Below the pieces are notes generated by a model that was not told where the DNA came from, made no database searches, and saw nothing but the letters and a program-made list of their open reading frames with translations. Positions 51,697 to 62,190 of a stretch of DNA of 64,000 nt are shown piece by piece. Source of the DNA: Phormidesmis sp. (GTDB lineage: Bacteria > Cyanobacteriota > Cyanobacteriia > Leptolyngbyales > Leptolyngbyaceae); assembly GCA_965248535.1 (NCBI GenBank), contig CBDFJR010000005.1:512001-576000 (forward strand). Reading direction: 5' to 3'. A program made the position numbers and the translations under genes. Numbering within the stretch: the stretch's first letter is position 1; every line of letters begins with the position of its first letter.

Positions 51697-52746
51697 CTAA
51701 TCGTTGATGCCCAGATGCTTTTTGATTTGCTTGATCGAGAGATACATCTCATATAAGCGGTGATACATTGCCGAGGCTTTGAGATAAACTTTGTGTTCGA
51801 CAGCCGGATAGCCTGAAACCGTCTGCCCAGCAGGGACATCTTTGTGAACGCCCGCCTTAGCCGAGGCAACCGATCCGTCGCCCATTTTGGCATTATTGGC
51901 AACGCCAACCTGCCCAGCGAGAATAACGCGATTTCCGATCTGAGTGCCGCCCGCAATGCCGCAACCCGATGCAAACGCGCAGGCTTCACCGACTTTTACG
52001 CCGTGACCGATCTGGACTAGGTTATCGATTTTGGTGTTGCGACCGATGCGAGTCTCCCCCACAGCAGGGCGGTCGATCGCAGAGTTGCAGCCCACCTCAA
52101 CGCCATCTTCGAGCACCGTGTAGCCAGACTGCTCCATTTTGAGCCAGCCCTCACGAGTCGGCACAAACCCAAACCCTTCAGAGCCGATCACCGCCCCACA
52201 GTGAATCACGCAGTCAGCCCCAATATGAGTGCGTTCTTGAATCGAGCAATTCGCATGAAGGACGGTACGATCGCCAATCTGCACGTCAGGATAAATCACC
52301 ACATTGGGATGAATCACAGCACCCGCCCCAATTTTTGCCCCCGATTGAATGACAACATTCGCCCCGATCGAGACCCCTGCGCCAAGCTCAACGCTGGGAT
52401 CAATCACCGCCGAGGGATGAACCACAGGCGCAGGCTTGAAGGGGTGATAGTAGAGCGCGATCGTTTGAGCAAAAGCAAGGCGCGGCTGCCGCACCGACAC
52501 CCAAGCAACCCCACGAGCCTCTGCCTTTGCCTGCAAGTCTTCATTAGCCGGAAGAATTAAGGCACTGGCGGCCGTCGAGCCTGCCAGCACTGCAAACTTG
52601 TTGCTTTCTGCGTAGCTGATGGTGCTGGGTGTGGCCTCGTCGATCGCCGCCACCCCTGTGATTTCGGGATCGTTGTCTGAGTGCATCGTCAGACTGTGAG
52701 CCACAACCGAAGAGCCAAGTTTCTCAATAATTTCGCTAAACTTCAT
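51697..52746 (-). CDS. lpxD: UDP-3-O-(3-hydroxyacyl)glucosamine N-acyltransferase
   Basis: Hexapeptide repeats, IGSEGFGF, TKIDNLVQIGH, AGQVG. Confidence 0.96.
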   Translation of the reverse strand: MKFSEIIEKLGSSVVAHSLTMHSDNDPEITGVAAIDEATPSTISYAESNKFAVLAGSTAASALILPANEDLQAKAEARGVAWVSVRQPRLAFAQTIALYYHPFKPAPVVHPSAVIDPSVELGAGVSIGANVVIQSGAKIGAGAVIHPNVVIYPDVQIGDRTVLHANCSIQERTHIGADCVIHCGAVIGSEGFGFVPTREGWLKMEQSGYTVLEDGVEVGCNSAIDRPAVGETRIGRNTKIDNLVQIGHGVKVGEACAFASGCGIAGGTQIGNRVILAGQVGVANNAKMGDGSVASAKAGVHKDVPAGQTVSGYPAVEHKVYLKASAMYHRLYEMYLSIKQIKKHLGIND

Positions 52747-52774
52747 CGCAATGCAGTGGAACTAACGACTATTT

Positions 52775-52802
52775 CCCTACACCCTACACCCTATCCCCCA
52801 CT
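52775..52802. repeat. STRR-like heptamer tandem repeat
   Basis: CCCTACA CCCTACA CCCTATC CCCCACT spanning the rlmD stop. Confidence 0.6.
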
Positions 52803-54214
52803 CGCCTCAAGAACGCAGCACACTCAACGTGGGCGGTTTGCGGAAAGAAGTCAGCAGGCTGCACGCGCTGAAGCTCATACTCTCCCTCAGCGCAGAGCAG
52901 TTTGAGATCACGGGCAAGCGTCGCCGGGTTGCAGCTTACATAGACGATGCGATCGGGCTTCATGTTGCGAAGCGCCTCAATCACAGAGCCATCACAGCCC
53001 TTGCGAGGCGGATCTAACAGCACGATATCGGGCTTCATCTCTAGAGCAGGCAACCCTGTCTCAACGGTTCCGGTGAGAAAGATCACATTTTCGATGTGGT
53101 TAAGCTCGGCGTTGGTTTTGGCTTGCTCAACGGCTTCGGGCTGCACTTCTAAGCCAATGGCGGTTTTGACTTTTTGGGCGATCGGGAGGGTGAGCGTGCC
53201 AATGCCGCTGTAGGCATCTACAAAGATTTCGGTGCCTTGCAGATTTAGCTCATTTAAGATCACCTGCAACAGGGCTTCGGCTTGCTCGGTGTGCACCTGA
53301 AAGAAGGTGTCGGGCAAAATTTGAAAGGTCAAGCCCAAAAGCCGCTCGTGTAAGTGAGGTTGTCCGGCGATGCAGCGCGTCTCTTTGCCAAAGATGCCGT
53401 TGGTTTTGGCACCGTTCACATTTAATGAGACTCCGACAAGATTGGGATAGCGATCGAGCCAGTCTTGCGCCTGATCATTCATTCCCACCAGGTTGGCATC
53501 TTTGCACACGAGGGTGAGCAGCATCTCTCCGGTGCGTCGTCCGATTCTTAAGCTGAGGTGACGCACTTTGCCGCGATGCAGCTTTTCGTCATAGATGCCC
53601 CAGCCGCGCTTTTGAATGTCTAGCTTGACTTCTGCCAATAGCGGATTGAGTCTTTGATCTTGAATCGGACATTGATTGAGATTGATTAGCTGGTGACTGC
53701 CCTTTTGATAATATCCAGCTTGCACCTGGCCCGTTGCAGATCGGGTCAGGGGATACGTCACCTTGTTGCGATAGTCTAGCGGCTCAGAGACATTCAAAAC
53801 AGGATTGACGTTTAGATTTCTAAACCCGCCGATGCGCTCTAGCGCCTGAACGATTTGATTGCGTTTTGCCTCAAGCTGATAGTCATAATCGACGTGCTGC
53901 CACTGACAGCCGCCACACTTGTCGGCAACAATGCAACTGGGTCGAATGCGGTGAGGCGATCGGGTTAAAATCTCATTTACCTTGCCATTGGCATAGGTCG
54001 GCTTGGTGCGAATCAGACGCACGAGGGCCCGATCGCCCGTGACGGTATCAGGAACGAAGACGACACGCTCTCCGAATCGACCAACGCCATCGCCGCCCTC
54101 AGTAATGTCGGTTATGTCAACTTCGACCAGTTCTCCCTGCTGCCATAGGTCAATAACAGGCACCGTTGAGATAGAGTCTGGGTCAGAAGGCAGTTGTGGA
54201 TCGGAAATGGTCAC
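52784..54214 (-). CDS. rlmD: 23S rRNA (uracil-5-)-methyltransferase
   Basis: TRAM domain, C..CGGC, FFQV, DAYSGIG, DPPRKG, YVSCNPATLARD, DFFPQTAHVE. Confidence 0.94.
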   Translation of the reverse strand: MTISDPQLPSDPDSISTVPVIDLWQQGELVEVDITDITEGGDGVGRFGERVVFVPDTVTGDRALVRLIRTKPTYANGKVNEILTRSPHRIRPSCIVADKCGGCQWQHVDYDYQLEAKRNQIVQALERIGGFRNLNVNPVLNVSEPLDYRNKVTYPLTRSATGQVQAGYYQKGSHQLINLNQCPIQDQRLNPLLAEVKLDIQKRGWGIYDEKLHRGKVRHLSLRIGRRTGEMLLTLVCKDANLVGMNDQAQDWLDRYPNLVGVSLNVNGAKTNGIFGKETRCIAGQPHLHERLLGLTFQILPDTFFQVHTEQAEALLQVILNELNLQGTEIFVDAYSGIGTLTLPIAQKVKTAIGLEVQPEAVEQAKTNAELNHIENVIFLTGTVETGLPALEMKPDIVLLDPPRKGCDGSVIEALRNMKPDRIVYVSCNPATLARDLKLLCAEGEYELQRVQPADFFPQTAHVECAAFLRRVGDRV

Positions 54215-54390
54215 AGAAAATATTCCTGGTCTAATTATGAATGAACTCTTATTCTCGCTGTTCTGATCGACATCTGACCGAACTCGCTAAAGTCTTGCAA
54301 TTTATCGCAACGATCGCGCCGCAAAATTGGGGCAAGGTTGCCGATCAGGTCAAGGGGTCAACGCTGCCTTTGCCTACCCGGTGGATGGGG

Positions 54391-56097
54391 TTATAGCAGG
54401 GACGTGAGCATAAACAAGTGAGTCAAATTAGTGGGAAGCTCTCGGTTTAGACGCAGTGGCAAGCTAGGAGTCGAGAGCGATTGAGCATAGGCAGGCGTTA
54501 AAAACGGTGCATAGGTGTTGGCTTCTGGGCTAGATTGTTTGATAAAAGCAAGACTGACTCCTTGCAGCAGTTGGCGCAGGGGTGCAACATCCTCACCTCG
54601 ACGCTCTTTGACCAGGGTTCCTTGAACGATCGCGCCTCCAAAACTAGTGGGATCGCTAACGCTGAGGTGAGTACTGCCGATCGCGGTTAACAAATATTTT
54701 GGGCTAGGTAACTGAGCAAAGGGCTGAAGCTGCTGGCTAAGGGCAGGAGCCAGCGTATCGTCCGTTCCGGTCAAAATCAGGCTAGGGGTTGCCACTTGCG
54801 CGAGACCAGATTTACCAAAAATCTGCCCGATCGCGGGGTTGAGAGCGATTACTTGCCCAACTCGTGGGTCTCGCAGGCTGAGACGATGCTCTGATAGTCC
54901 CGCTGCGGCACATTGCAGCCAGTCAGCCGGGACGCGCTGCAACAGATTGCTGCTCTGACAAAATTGGCGCAACTGATCGAGATTGAGTTCTGCCCCTGCT
55001 AGGGCCAAAGCTTCGTAGCCGCCCAACGAATGCCCGATCACGGTCACCTGCTGAGTGTTGAGCTTACCTTGAAGCAACCCCGGTTCTTGATTGAGCCGAG
55101 TCAACTCATCCAAAATAAAGCGAATGTCTTGGGGACGATCGATAAACTCTTTGGCAGGCACTAGTTGATCGAGATTGAGCGCGATCGGTAACCCGTTGCG
55201 AGAGATAGACGGGTGCTCGATCGCGACTACCGTCAAGCCGTGGGATGCCAAATGACGAGCCAGATAGGTTAAAAATTTCCGGTTGGCTTCAAACCCTGGT
55301 ACCAGCACCACCAAAGCACCCTGCGGTTTTTCACTCCAGTAGAGATCGATGGGCAGCCTGCGGTTTCTAGGCTGATCGTAGAGCGTAAAGGTCTGCTGCT
55401 GCACCAAGTCCGCACCCAGAGCGGCGGGATCAAAGCTGGCTTGAAAGGGAGGAGCTTCGGTCTTTAAACTTCGCTCTAGCAATGAACTAATGGCTTGACT
55501 CTTCCAATAAGAAAAATTGAGTTGGGAGGCAATGCCGATCGCTTTCGACACATCGATCGTCACAGTTTCTTGAGGGATCGCTTTGAGCACGGCGATCGCA
55601 TCTAGCCCGTTCGCTTGTCGAGCCGCTAACCAAAAGCCTGCTTGAAGTTGCTCAAGAGTGAGTTCTGGCACCGCTTTTTGCAGCGACGACAAAAGCTGTC
55701 GTCCCGAAGGCGACTTCAACAAATCATCCATGAGTTGACCGCTCAAATTAGGGTCTAACTGCAACCGACTCGTGAGCGATTTTCGCACGGCGGGGGTCAG
55801 CACAGGTGCATAGAGTTGCAGCGCTGAAGAAACCTCTCCAGTGGTTGCAAACCGTTCTAAATCGCCGACAGAAACGGACTGCTCAAACGGGCCCAACCGC
55901 AAATTCAACCGTTCTGCGGTCAACCCTGGAGTGGCGGCTCCGACAACGAGCGCGATCGAGAGACTGCCCAACCAACCAAAAGAGAAGGAGTGCCAAAATC
56001 GTGGCGACCCCTTGCGGGTAACTCGAAGCGATCGCGGCTGTCTTGCTAAAAATCTCAGAGGGCGCTTCACAATTATCATCTGTGCCAGTTGCGTCAT
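54391..56097 (-). CDS. DUF1400 / alpha-beta hydrolase
   Basis: N-terminal AERLNLRLGPFEQSVSVGDLERFA; GHSLGG nucleophile elbow; FIDRPQDI. Confidence 0.9.
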   Translation of the reverse strand: MTQLAQMIIVKRPLRFLARQPRSLRVTRKGSPRFWHSFSFGWLGSLSIALVVGAATPGLTAERLNLRLGPFEQSVSVGDLERFATTGEVSSALQLYAPVLTPAVRKSLTSRLQLDPNLSGQLMDDLLKSPSGRQLLSSLQKAVPELTLEQLQAGFWLAARQANGLDAIAVLKAIPQETVTIDVSKAIGIASQLNFSYWKSQAISSLLERSLKTEAPPFQASFDPAALGADLVQQQTFTLYDQPRNRRLPIDLYWSEKPQGALVVLVPGFEANRKFLTYLARHLASHGLTVVAIEHPSISRNGLPIALNLDQLVPAKEFIDRPQDIRFILDELTRLNQEPGLLQGKLNTQQVTVIGHSLGGYEALALAGAELNLDQLRQFCQSSNLLQRVPADWLQCAAAGLSEHRLSLRDPRVGQVIALNPAIGQIFGKSGLAQVATPSLILTGTDDTLAPALSQQLQPFAQLPSPKYLLTAIGSTHLSVSDPTSFGGAIVQGTLVKERRGEDVAPLRQLLQGVSLAFIKQSSPEANTYAPFLTPAYAQSLSTPSLPLRLNRELPTNLTHLFMLTSLL

Positions 56098-56281
56098 TCA
56101 ACCGCTTAATTGTAAGACTGACCCAAATTCTTCGCTCAAGTTCCTACCGATCGCAGCCTCAGTAAACCTAGCCTCGACACAAGAGCATATCACTGTCCCG
56201 CGCTCGGTGCCCGGACTGTGCAAGTAGCCGACATTTTTTCATCCCCGATGACCCTTTGAGCAGAGGTCGTTTAGCGCGATT

Positions 56282-57541
56282 CTAGTCGTCCAAAGCCTCT
56301 GCGATGCCGTCTGTCCCGTCAGGATGTGGCGAATTGATGGGTTCACGCTCAGTTCTCACCCAGGCTTTTTGAGGACGAACGAGAAACCTAAAATAGAGAG
56401 GAATCTTCCAGAGAATGTAGAAGGGGATCGCGAGTAGCTCACGCAAAGGCAGATCAGACCGCCCAAACTTTGCCCAGGCTACAAAAATCGCGCTCATCAG
56501 CATTAGCCCGGCGATCGCCAAAATAACCAGTGGCATCCACGATGCGCCTAGGCACGCAGCTAATAAAGAACCTAGGATCAACCCTAGCCACAAAACAACC
56601 AACAGCGAGAGAGGAGGCACGCACAGATCCAAAGCCAGGGCTAGCAGATCAAAGCGTCTTCCCTGCAACGCAGCTTTTAATAAAACAGGAACATAGGTGC
56701 GAATCGACTGAAGATGCCCATGTTCCCAGCGAGTTCTTTGAGTCTTAGCCGCTCGATCGTGGTGTGGTAATCGACCAATGACCCTGGCATCTGGGCAAAA
56801 AACAGGGGCATATCCCGCGATCGTTAGATCTAAGCCGAGTTTCATATCTTCAACGATGTGACCGCTTGCCAGATCAACCGAGCAAATAACCGACCACGGA
56901 AACGCCATGCCAGTGCCCGTCAGCAGGCATGGCAACCCCAAGCGCACCAACCCACCTGGACGAACAAGATTCTTCACTTTAAAAGCGAAGGCAGAAATAG
57001 ACTGCTTAGGGTTTGAGTGGGCTGGCTTTTCCATCAGATAGGTTGCCTGCATCGGTCGTCCTGTTTCAAGCGCCCTCTGCGTCAGACTCTCAATCGCGTT
57101 TGGCTCAACCTGGCAATCGGCATCAACCATGACCACGACCTCAGGGGGATCGGCTTCAATAAATCGCAATCCATAATCCAGCGCATAGCCTTTGCCGAGT
57201 CGAGTCGAGTCGTGGCGCTCAATCACGATCGCACCTGCTGCACGGGCGACCTCTGCGGTTGCATCACTACAGTTATCTGCAATGACTACGAGGCGATCCT
57301 GATTTTTCAAGATAGCCAACAGCCCAAATAGCGTAGACCCGATGCCCATTTCTTCATTGTGAGCGGGCACCAGCACCACAACCCTGGTAGTTTGCCAGAG
57401 CGATCGACCGAGAGGCGCGGGGGTGGGAAAAAGAGCGGCAATGCACTCAGTCAACAGAATAAGGCTGAGAAATAAGATGCCCAATGCAGCAACACACAGA
57501 ACGGTGTTAACCCCGAACATCAAAAGTTGACTCATCAACAT
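56282..57541 (-). CDS. GT2 family glycosyltransferase (processive-type motifs)
   Basis: VPAHNEE, ADNCSD, GKGYAL, VDAD, IVED, QRTRW. Confidence 0.92.
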   Translation of the reverse strand: MLMSQLLMFGVNTVLCVAALGILFLSLILLTECIAALFPTPAPLGRSLWQTTRVVVLVPAHNEEMGIGSTLFGLLAILKNQDRLVVIADNCSDATAEVARAAGAIVIERHDSTRLGKGYALDYGLRFIEADPPEVVVMVDADCQVEPNAIESLTQRALETGRPMQATYLMEKPAHSNPKQSISAFAFKVKNLVRPGGLVRLGLPCLLTGTGMAFPWSVICSVDLASGHIVEDMKLGLDLTIAGYAPVFCPDARVIGRLPHHDRAAKTQRTRWEHGHLQSIRTYVPVLLKAALQGRRFDLLALALDLCVPPLSLLVVLWLGLILGSLLAACLGASWMPLVILAIAGLMLMSAIFVAWAKFGRSDLPLRELLAIPFYILWKIPLYFRFLVRPQKAWVRTEREPINSPHPDGTDGIAEALDD

Positions 57542-57658
57542 CTAGCGATCACCCCGATCTATTCGGATAAAGATAAATTCAAGCTCAAAAGCCCTGAGTT
57601 AGAGAACCCTCCAGAATCAGCGTCAGGGACAAACCCTGCTGTGCCCACACTCTGCGTT

Positions 57659-58495
57659 CTATAAACCCTTTAGCTTGTGGTGACCCACGATCGTGTCGAT
57701 AGGTCGAGGTAGAACCGGGCGAGAGTGTTTCTCAGAAGACCAGGGATCGCGATAGAGATTAAATCGTTGCTTGAAAATCAGCCAAAAAAACGGCAGGTCA
57801 TCAATCATATATCGCTTCCAGAGCCTTTTGGGTTCGCAAAAAGTTCTATACAACCACTCTAAACCCACTTGACTCATCCACTGGGGAGATCGGGGAATGT
57901 TGCCAGCCTCAAAGTCGATCGTGGCACCCACTGCAAAAAAGAGCTTGACGTTTTTTAGCTGATCTTTATATTTAGTGAGCCAGATTTCTTGCTTGGGAGC
58001 GCCTACCCCGATCGCGAGAACGGTTGCGCCCGATCGATTGATTAACTCGATCGCTTTTTGGCACTCCTCTTCATCTTTCTCAAAGCCAAAAGTGGGGGAA
58101 TATGAAGCAACCACAATATCTCGCCCCACCTTTGAGTTAATCTTTCTTTGAGCTTGCCTTGCAATGCCTGGAGCCGCCCCTAATAGAAAAATTTTGATGG
58201 TTTTGTCATGCTTATAGTAGGTGTAAAAAGCTGGAAAGAGATCTGAGCCTGAGAGCTTTTCTGGGAGCGGCGTACCCAGAAAGTTAGAGACATAAAGCAA
58301 GACCTGGCTATCACAAACTCGGTAATCACTTGCTTGATAAGCTAGATAGAAATCTTTGTCTTTTTGCAGCTTGATGAGGTGATCTACATTTGCAGTAAAG
58401 ACAACACCCCCAAAACGCAGTTTGTCCAGTAACTCAACCATCGTGAGGTTATGGACACCAATATTAAGTAACTTGACCTGACCCATCGCACCCAT
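57659..58495 (-). CDS. WecB/TagA/CpsF family glycosyltransferase
   Basis: TANVDH, SGSDL, GVGAPKQE, VGATIDF, GLEWLYR..EPKRLWKRY. Confidence 0.95.
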   Translation of the reverse strand: MGAMGQVKLLNIGVHNLTMVELLDKLRFGGVVFTANVDHLIKLQKDKDFYLAYQASDYRVCDSQVLLYVSNFLGTPLPEKLSGSDLFPAFYTYYKHDKTIKIFLLGAAPGIARQAQRKINSKVGRDIVVASYSPTFGFEKDEEECQKAIELINRSGATVLAIGVGAPKQEIWLTKYKDQLKNVKLFFAVGATIDFEAGNIPRSPQWMSQVGLEWLYRTFCEPKRLWKRYMIDDLPFFWLIFKQRFNLYRDPWSSEKHSRPVLPRPIDTIVGHHKLKGL

Positions 58496-59215
58496 CTAAA
58501 GTCTCCTATTCTACTTTCGGCACACAAAGCTGAGAGCAGCTAAGGTTTCTACTAAAGAGTTGAGCAACATCACCACTGGTGTGGTGCACATTGAAGCAAA
58601 AAAGCCTGATTAAACCTGACTTTATGTTTGATCCTTCCTAGCCTAATAGTTTAGGGATAAGAGGCAAAAGCTTCTGCACGTTTATCTTTCAGCCTTGATC
58701 AACCATCAAGATAATGGCCCAACTTTAGCTTATTTGTAAAATAAACTTGGTACGTGTAATTTAGGTGGGTTTAGAAAGAGAGTCAATTGACCTGTCTGCA
58801 TATTTACTGAATCTTTACTGGCAGTTTCAATTGTTTTTTACAAAATAAGTTGTGAGGTTATATAAGTTGTTGAACCGCTCGATTGAGATAGTTAAATTTA
58901 CTTATATTTTTGTTAGATATTTAATCGTGAGCTTCGGTAGTAGTGAAGAAGCTAATGTTATGAGTCAAGAAAATCGATGACAAGCAACACTTAATTAAGC
59001 TTGTCAATGAGAGGATATAAGGTTTGGTAGTGTAATGGTCTAGTTCATTCAAAACTTTAGGTAGGCTTAGATCTACAGCAAATAAGTCTCAGTCCTCCTA
59101 CCTTGCCGTAAAATATCTCGCCGTAAAAAATAATGCCAAAACGCCCATCTTTAGAAGCATTTTGCTGTAGGAATAGGGCGTGATTTACTCATTAAACTAT
59201 TAGGAGAAACCTTGT

Positions 59216-60112
59216 TTAGGCAGACCTAGATTCATAGTTTTGAGAACTCTTGACAAAAGCTTCATACCGTTCTGGAGAGATATTTGCTTTGGCCGATATC
59301 ATGATGGCCTTCGCTCGTGGCGGCATCCCCAATAGAAATTTTTGCAACTCCTCATCTGATAGGGGTCGATCTCCCCAATATTCATGACAGATGCCTTCTG
59401 TGTCGTAGAAGTGACCAGACTGCTGTTGAAGGACGCGATCGACAAACGTGCCGTATAACAAGTATTCAGATAAATGCCACGAGTTGCAGACCGCTTCGAT
59501 CCATCCTCGTCCAGAAACTTTTTCAAGGTGTCGATGCAGTTTTAGGGCATTGTCTCGCCTCCAAGTGATGACTTGCCCAACGTATCCTGGCTTGGGGAGG
59601 GGAGTTGCAGGTAACCCCAGCAGTCGGTCTGTGGCGTTGAGCCACTTATCTTGAACTGGAAATTCTGCTGCAAACTCTGAGGTTAGCTGGTTGGGAATGT
59701 GCAGAAGTCGCACCCGATCGCCATCCACAAAACTTTCTAAACTCATAGGTCGGATAAATGTCACATCTGAATCGATGTAGACCAAGATATCTTCGCTGAC
59801 CTGTTGAGGAACAGCGAGCTTAACAACCTGTTGCAGCAGCCAATTGCGGACAAATCCAGTTTTAAAGTTTAACCAGCCATTTTTAACGATCGGAAGGCGC
59901 TGAACCCACCAAGGCAATATTGACTCAACGGTAACAATTTCTGTGTTGGACTTTTTTAGTTGATTAAAAAGAACCCGATCTTTAGCGGGCACAATAATGT
60001 AATGAGTTACAGAAGGAGCTACAAACCGTTCGATGCTCCAGGATAGTAATTGGCAACGCTCAAAATCTGGAGCATAGCTAGGAGTAATAATGGCAGAACT
60101 AAACGTGCTCAT
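59216..60112 (-). CDS. DUF6492-like putative glycosyltransferase
   Basis: IITPSYAPDFERC, WLLQQVVKL, IDSDV, LSEYLLYG. Confidence 0.8.
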   Translation of the reverse strand: MSTFSSAIITPSYAPDFERCQLLSWSIERFVAPSVTHYIIVPAKDRVLFNQLKKSNTEIVTVESILPWWVQRLPIVKNGWLNFKTGFVRNWLLQQVVKLAVPQQVSEDILVYIDSDVTFIRPMSLESFVDGDRVRLLHIPNQLTSEFAAEFPVQDKWLNATDRLLGLPATPLPKPGYVGQVITWRRDNALKLHRHLEKVSGRGWIEAVCNSWHLSEYLLYGTFVDRVLQQQSGHFYDTEGICHEYWGDRPLSDEELQKFLLGMPPRAKAIMISAKANISPERYEAFVKSSQNYESRSA

Positions 60113-60152
60113 AGTGAATGATATAGATAAGATCGGTTGAGTTTTTCAAGGA

Positions 60153-61115
60153 TTATGGCGGGCTTTGAAGGATTCTTGCATCTAACATATCTAAGATTTT
60201 GCTGTCTTGATTTGGCTCAAACTTCCTTGCGAAATGAATGTTGTTTTGAACAATTGCCGGATAATCTTGGGCGCTGAGAGTGCGAGGTCGGCTACTATCA
60301 TTTTCACTGGCAAAGTCAAGATATCGCTTGCAATCATTGCAAAAATTAAATAGGTTGCTGTTGATTAAGATAGTTTGTAGAAATGACTCGTTTGGGCAGA
60401 CCGTTCTTCGATAATAGTTAACTATTTGCGGATTTTCTTGTGAAAAATTATACAGATATTTAACACACTTACTAGAAAGCGCATGATAGTAGGAGCCACC
60501 GTAGCAGGAGAATTTGCGATCAAATATCGGTGAGTGAGCATTAGTGCCGACCATCAAACAGTCATAGATAGAAAAAATTCTTAGAAAAGGCTGAATTTTT
60601 GCGATCGCGACTTCTAATCGACCCAGCGCTTTACTTTGAATGGTCTGATTAGAGATCACAAGACCCGATCGCCAGTACTGATATAAATAACGGCTACGCC
60701 CTTCCCGACTTCCCCAAGGATTTTCTTTAGCGTCAGAAAAAGCTTCAAAATGTTCGAGAAAGCCGTCATATTCGGTCAGTTCTAGAAACTGCTCAATCAC
60801 AGAAAGTGGCTGAGTTGGATAATCTTGACCAGACAGATTAATCACCCAGTCAAATTGGATTTGATGATCGTAAGCCCACCCGATCGCGTCGAGATAGCCC
60901 TGAAGCATTGAGAAATCTCCACGACCGCCTTTGCCATTGAGCTTAAGCACTTGAGCGCCCAGCCCTTGCAGGGGTTTCTCATCTAGATGACTGACGGTAT
61001 AGTCGTGGCTAATAATAATTTCAGAACTCGGACTCGATCGCTTGATAATTTGCACCAAACGCTGAATTTGTTCTGGAGATTTAAACGTTTGAATAATATA
61101 AAGTATCTTGATCAT
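60153..61115 (-). CDS. GT14 (core-2/I-branching beta-1,6-GlcNAc transferase-like) glycosyltransferase
   Basis: INLSGQDYP, YGGS, PNESFLQT, FARKF. Confidence 0.88.
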   Translation of the reverse strand: MIKILYIIQTFKSPEQIQRLVQIIKRSSPSSEIIISHDYTVSHLDEKPLQGLGAQVLKLNGKGGRGDFSMLQGYLDAIGWAYDHQIQFDWVINLSGQDYPTQPLSVIEQFLELTEYDGFLEHFEAFSDAKENPWGSREGRSRYLYQYWRSGLVISNQTIQSKALGRLEVAIAKIQPFLRIFSIYDCLMVGTNAHSPIFDRKFSCYGGSYYHALSSKCVKYLYNFSQENPQIVNYYRRTVCPNESFLQTILINSNLFNFCNDCKRYLDFASENDSSRPRTLSAQDYPAIVQNNIHFARKFEPNQDSKILDMLDARILQSPP

Positions 61116-61165
61116 GACTTATTTTCTAGAGAGAGATTAGTTTCATTTTGAGAGGTTTGGGTTGA

Positions 61166-62155
61166 TTAACTTGACCCAGTTCGTTTAGTTGTAAATCTCT
61201 CGATCTGTTGATAAGTAGATTGAGGTAAAAGCTTGAGTAGATAGGCAGCAGCTAGTGTCATCACAGTTCGTCGAGGTTGTTCTAAAACAATTTTCCAGTG
61301 ACTGATCAAAGCACGATGGATGAGATTAATAGCCATCGAACTGGATTTCATCCGCACGGCACTTCGAGCCAGGTATCGAAGCATATAAGCCCTAGCCGAA
61401 CCCTCCCATTCAGCAATCAGGTCGGGCGCATAGGTTCGGGTTTTCTCAAGCACCTTTTCTAGAAAATTAAACTGCTTGAGCAGGTTAGCAGACAGCCCTC
61501 CTGAGTTAACTCGATAAAGGGTCAAAACGTCAGAAATCCCCTCAATTTGCCACTCAGTTTGAATGGCGATGCGTAGCCAGCATTCAAGATCTTCAGCTTG
61601 TCGAAACTGCTCGTCAAAATAAAACGTTTCTTCACTTCCAAAGAGATTGCCCTGAAATGCGATCGCATCCAACACGTCTCGTTTTAACACCGCCGCCGAA
61701 CCGTTGCCGATCGGGTTGTCTCGCAGCAGATCAGGGGGCGTAATTCCAACCAATTTGGGCTTTGTGTAGGTGCCTGAACGAGTTCCAGATTCGTCAATAA
61801 ATTCAGAGCGGCTAAAACTAAGTCCTACATTTAGAGAACTTTCTAAGTGGTGAACGTGTTTTTCTAATTTATTAGGCAGCCAAAGATCATCGCCATCTAA
61901 AAAAGCCAGATAAGTGCCTTGAGCGTGACGAATTCCTGTATTTCTAGCGCCCGCTAGCCCGCGATTGGCTTGACGGATGACTGTGATGCGGGGATCAGTG
62001 AATTGTTGGCACACTTCAACACTGCGATCGGGAGACCCATCATCAATCACAATAAGCTCAAAGTTTTCATAAGTTTGATTCAAAACTGACTGAATTGTGG
62101 ACTTAATATAACTTTCAACTTTATAGACAGGAACAATAACTGAAACTTTTTTCAT
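61166..62155 (-). CDS. GT2 family glycosyltransferase
   Basis: VSVIVPVY, IDDGSPD, GLAGARNTG, FLDGDD, AEDLE. Confidence 0.94.
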   Translation of the reverse strand: MKKVSVIVPVYKVESYIKSTIQSVLNQTYENFELIVIDDGSPDRSVEVCQQFTDPRITVIRQANRGLAGARNTGIRHAQGTYLAFLDGDDLWLPNKLEKHVHHLESSLNVGLSFSRSEFIDESGTRSGTYTKPKLVGITPPDLLRDNPIGNGSAAVLKRDVLDAIAFQGNLFGSEETFYFDEQFRQAEDLECWLRIAIQTEWQIEGISDVLTLYRVNSGGLSANLLKQFNFLEKVLEKTRTYAPDLIAEWEGSARAYMLRYLARSAVRMKSSSMAINLIHRALISHWKIVLEQPRRTVMTLAAAYLLKLLPQSTYQQIERFTTKRTGSS

Positions 62156-62190
62156 AGTCCAATATCAGTAATTTTTAATGAACAAATTTC

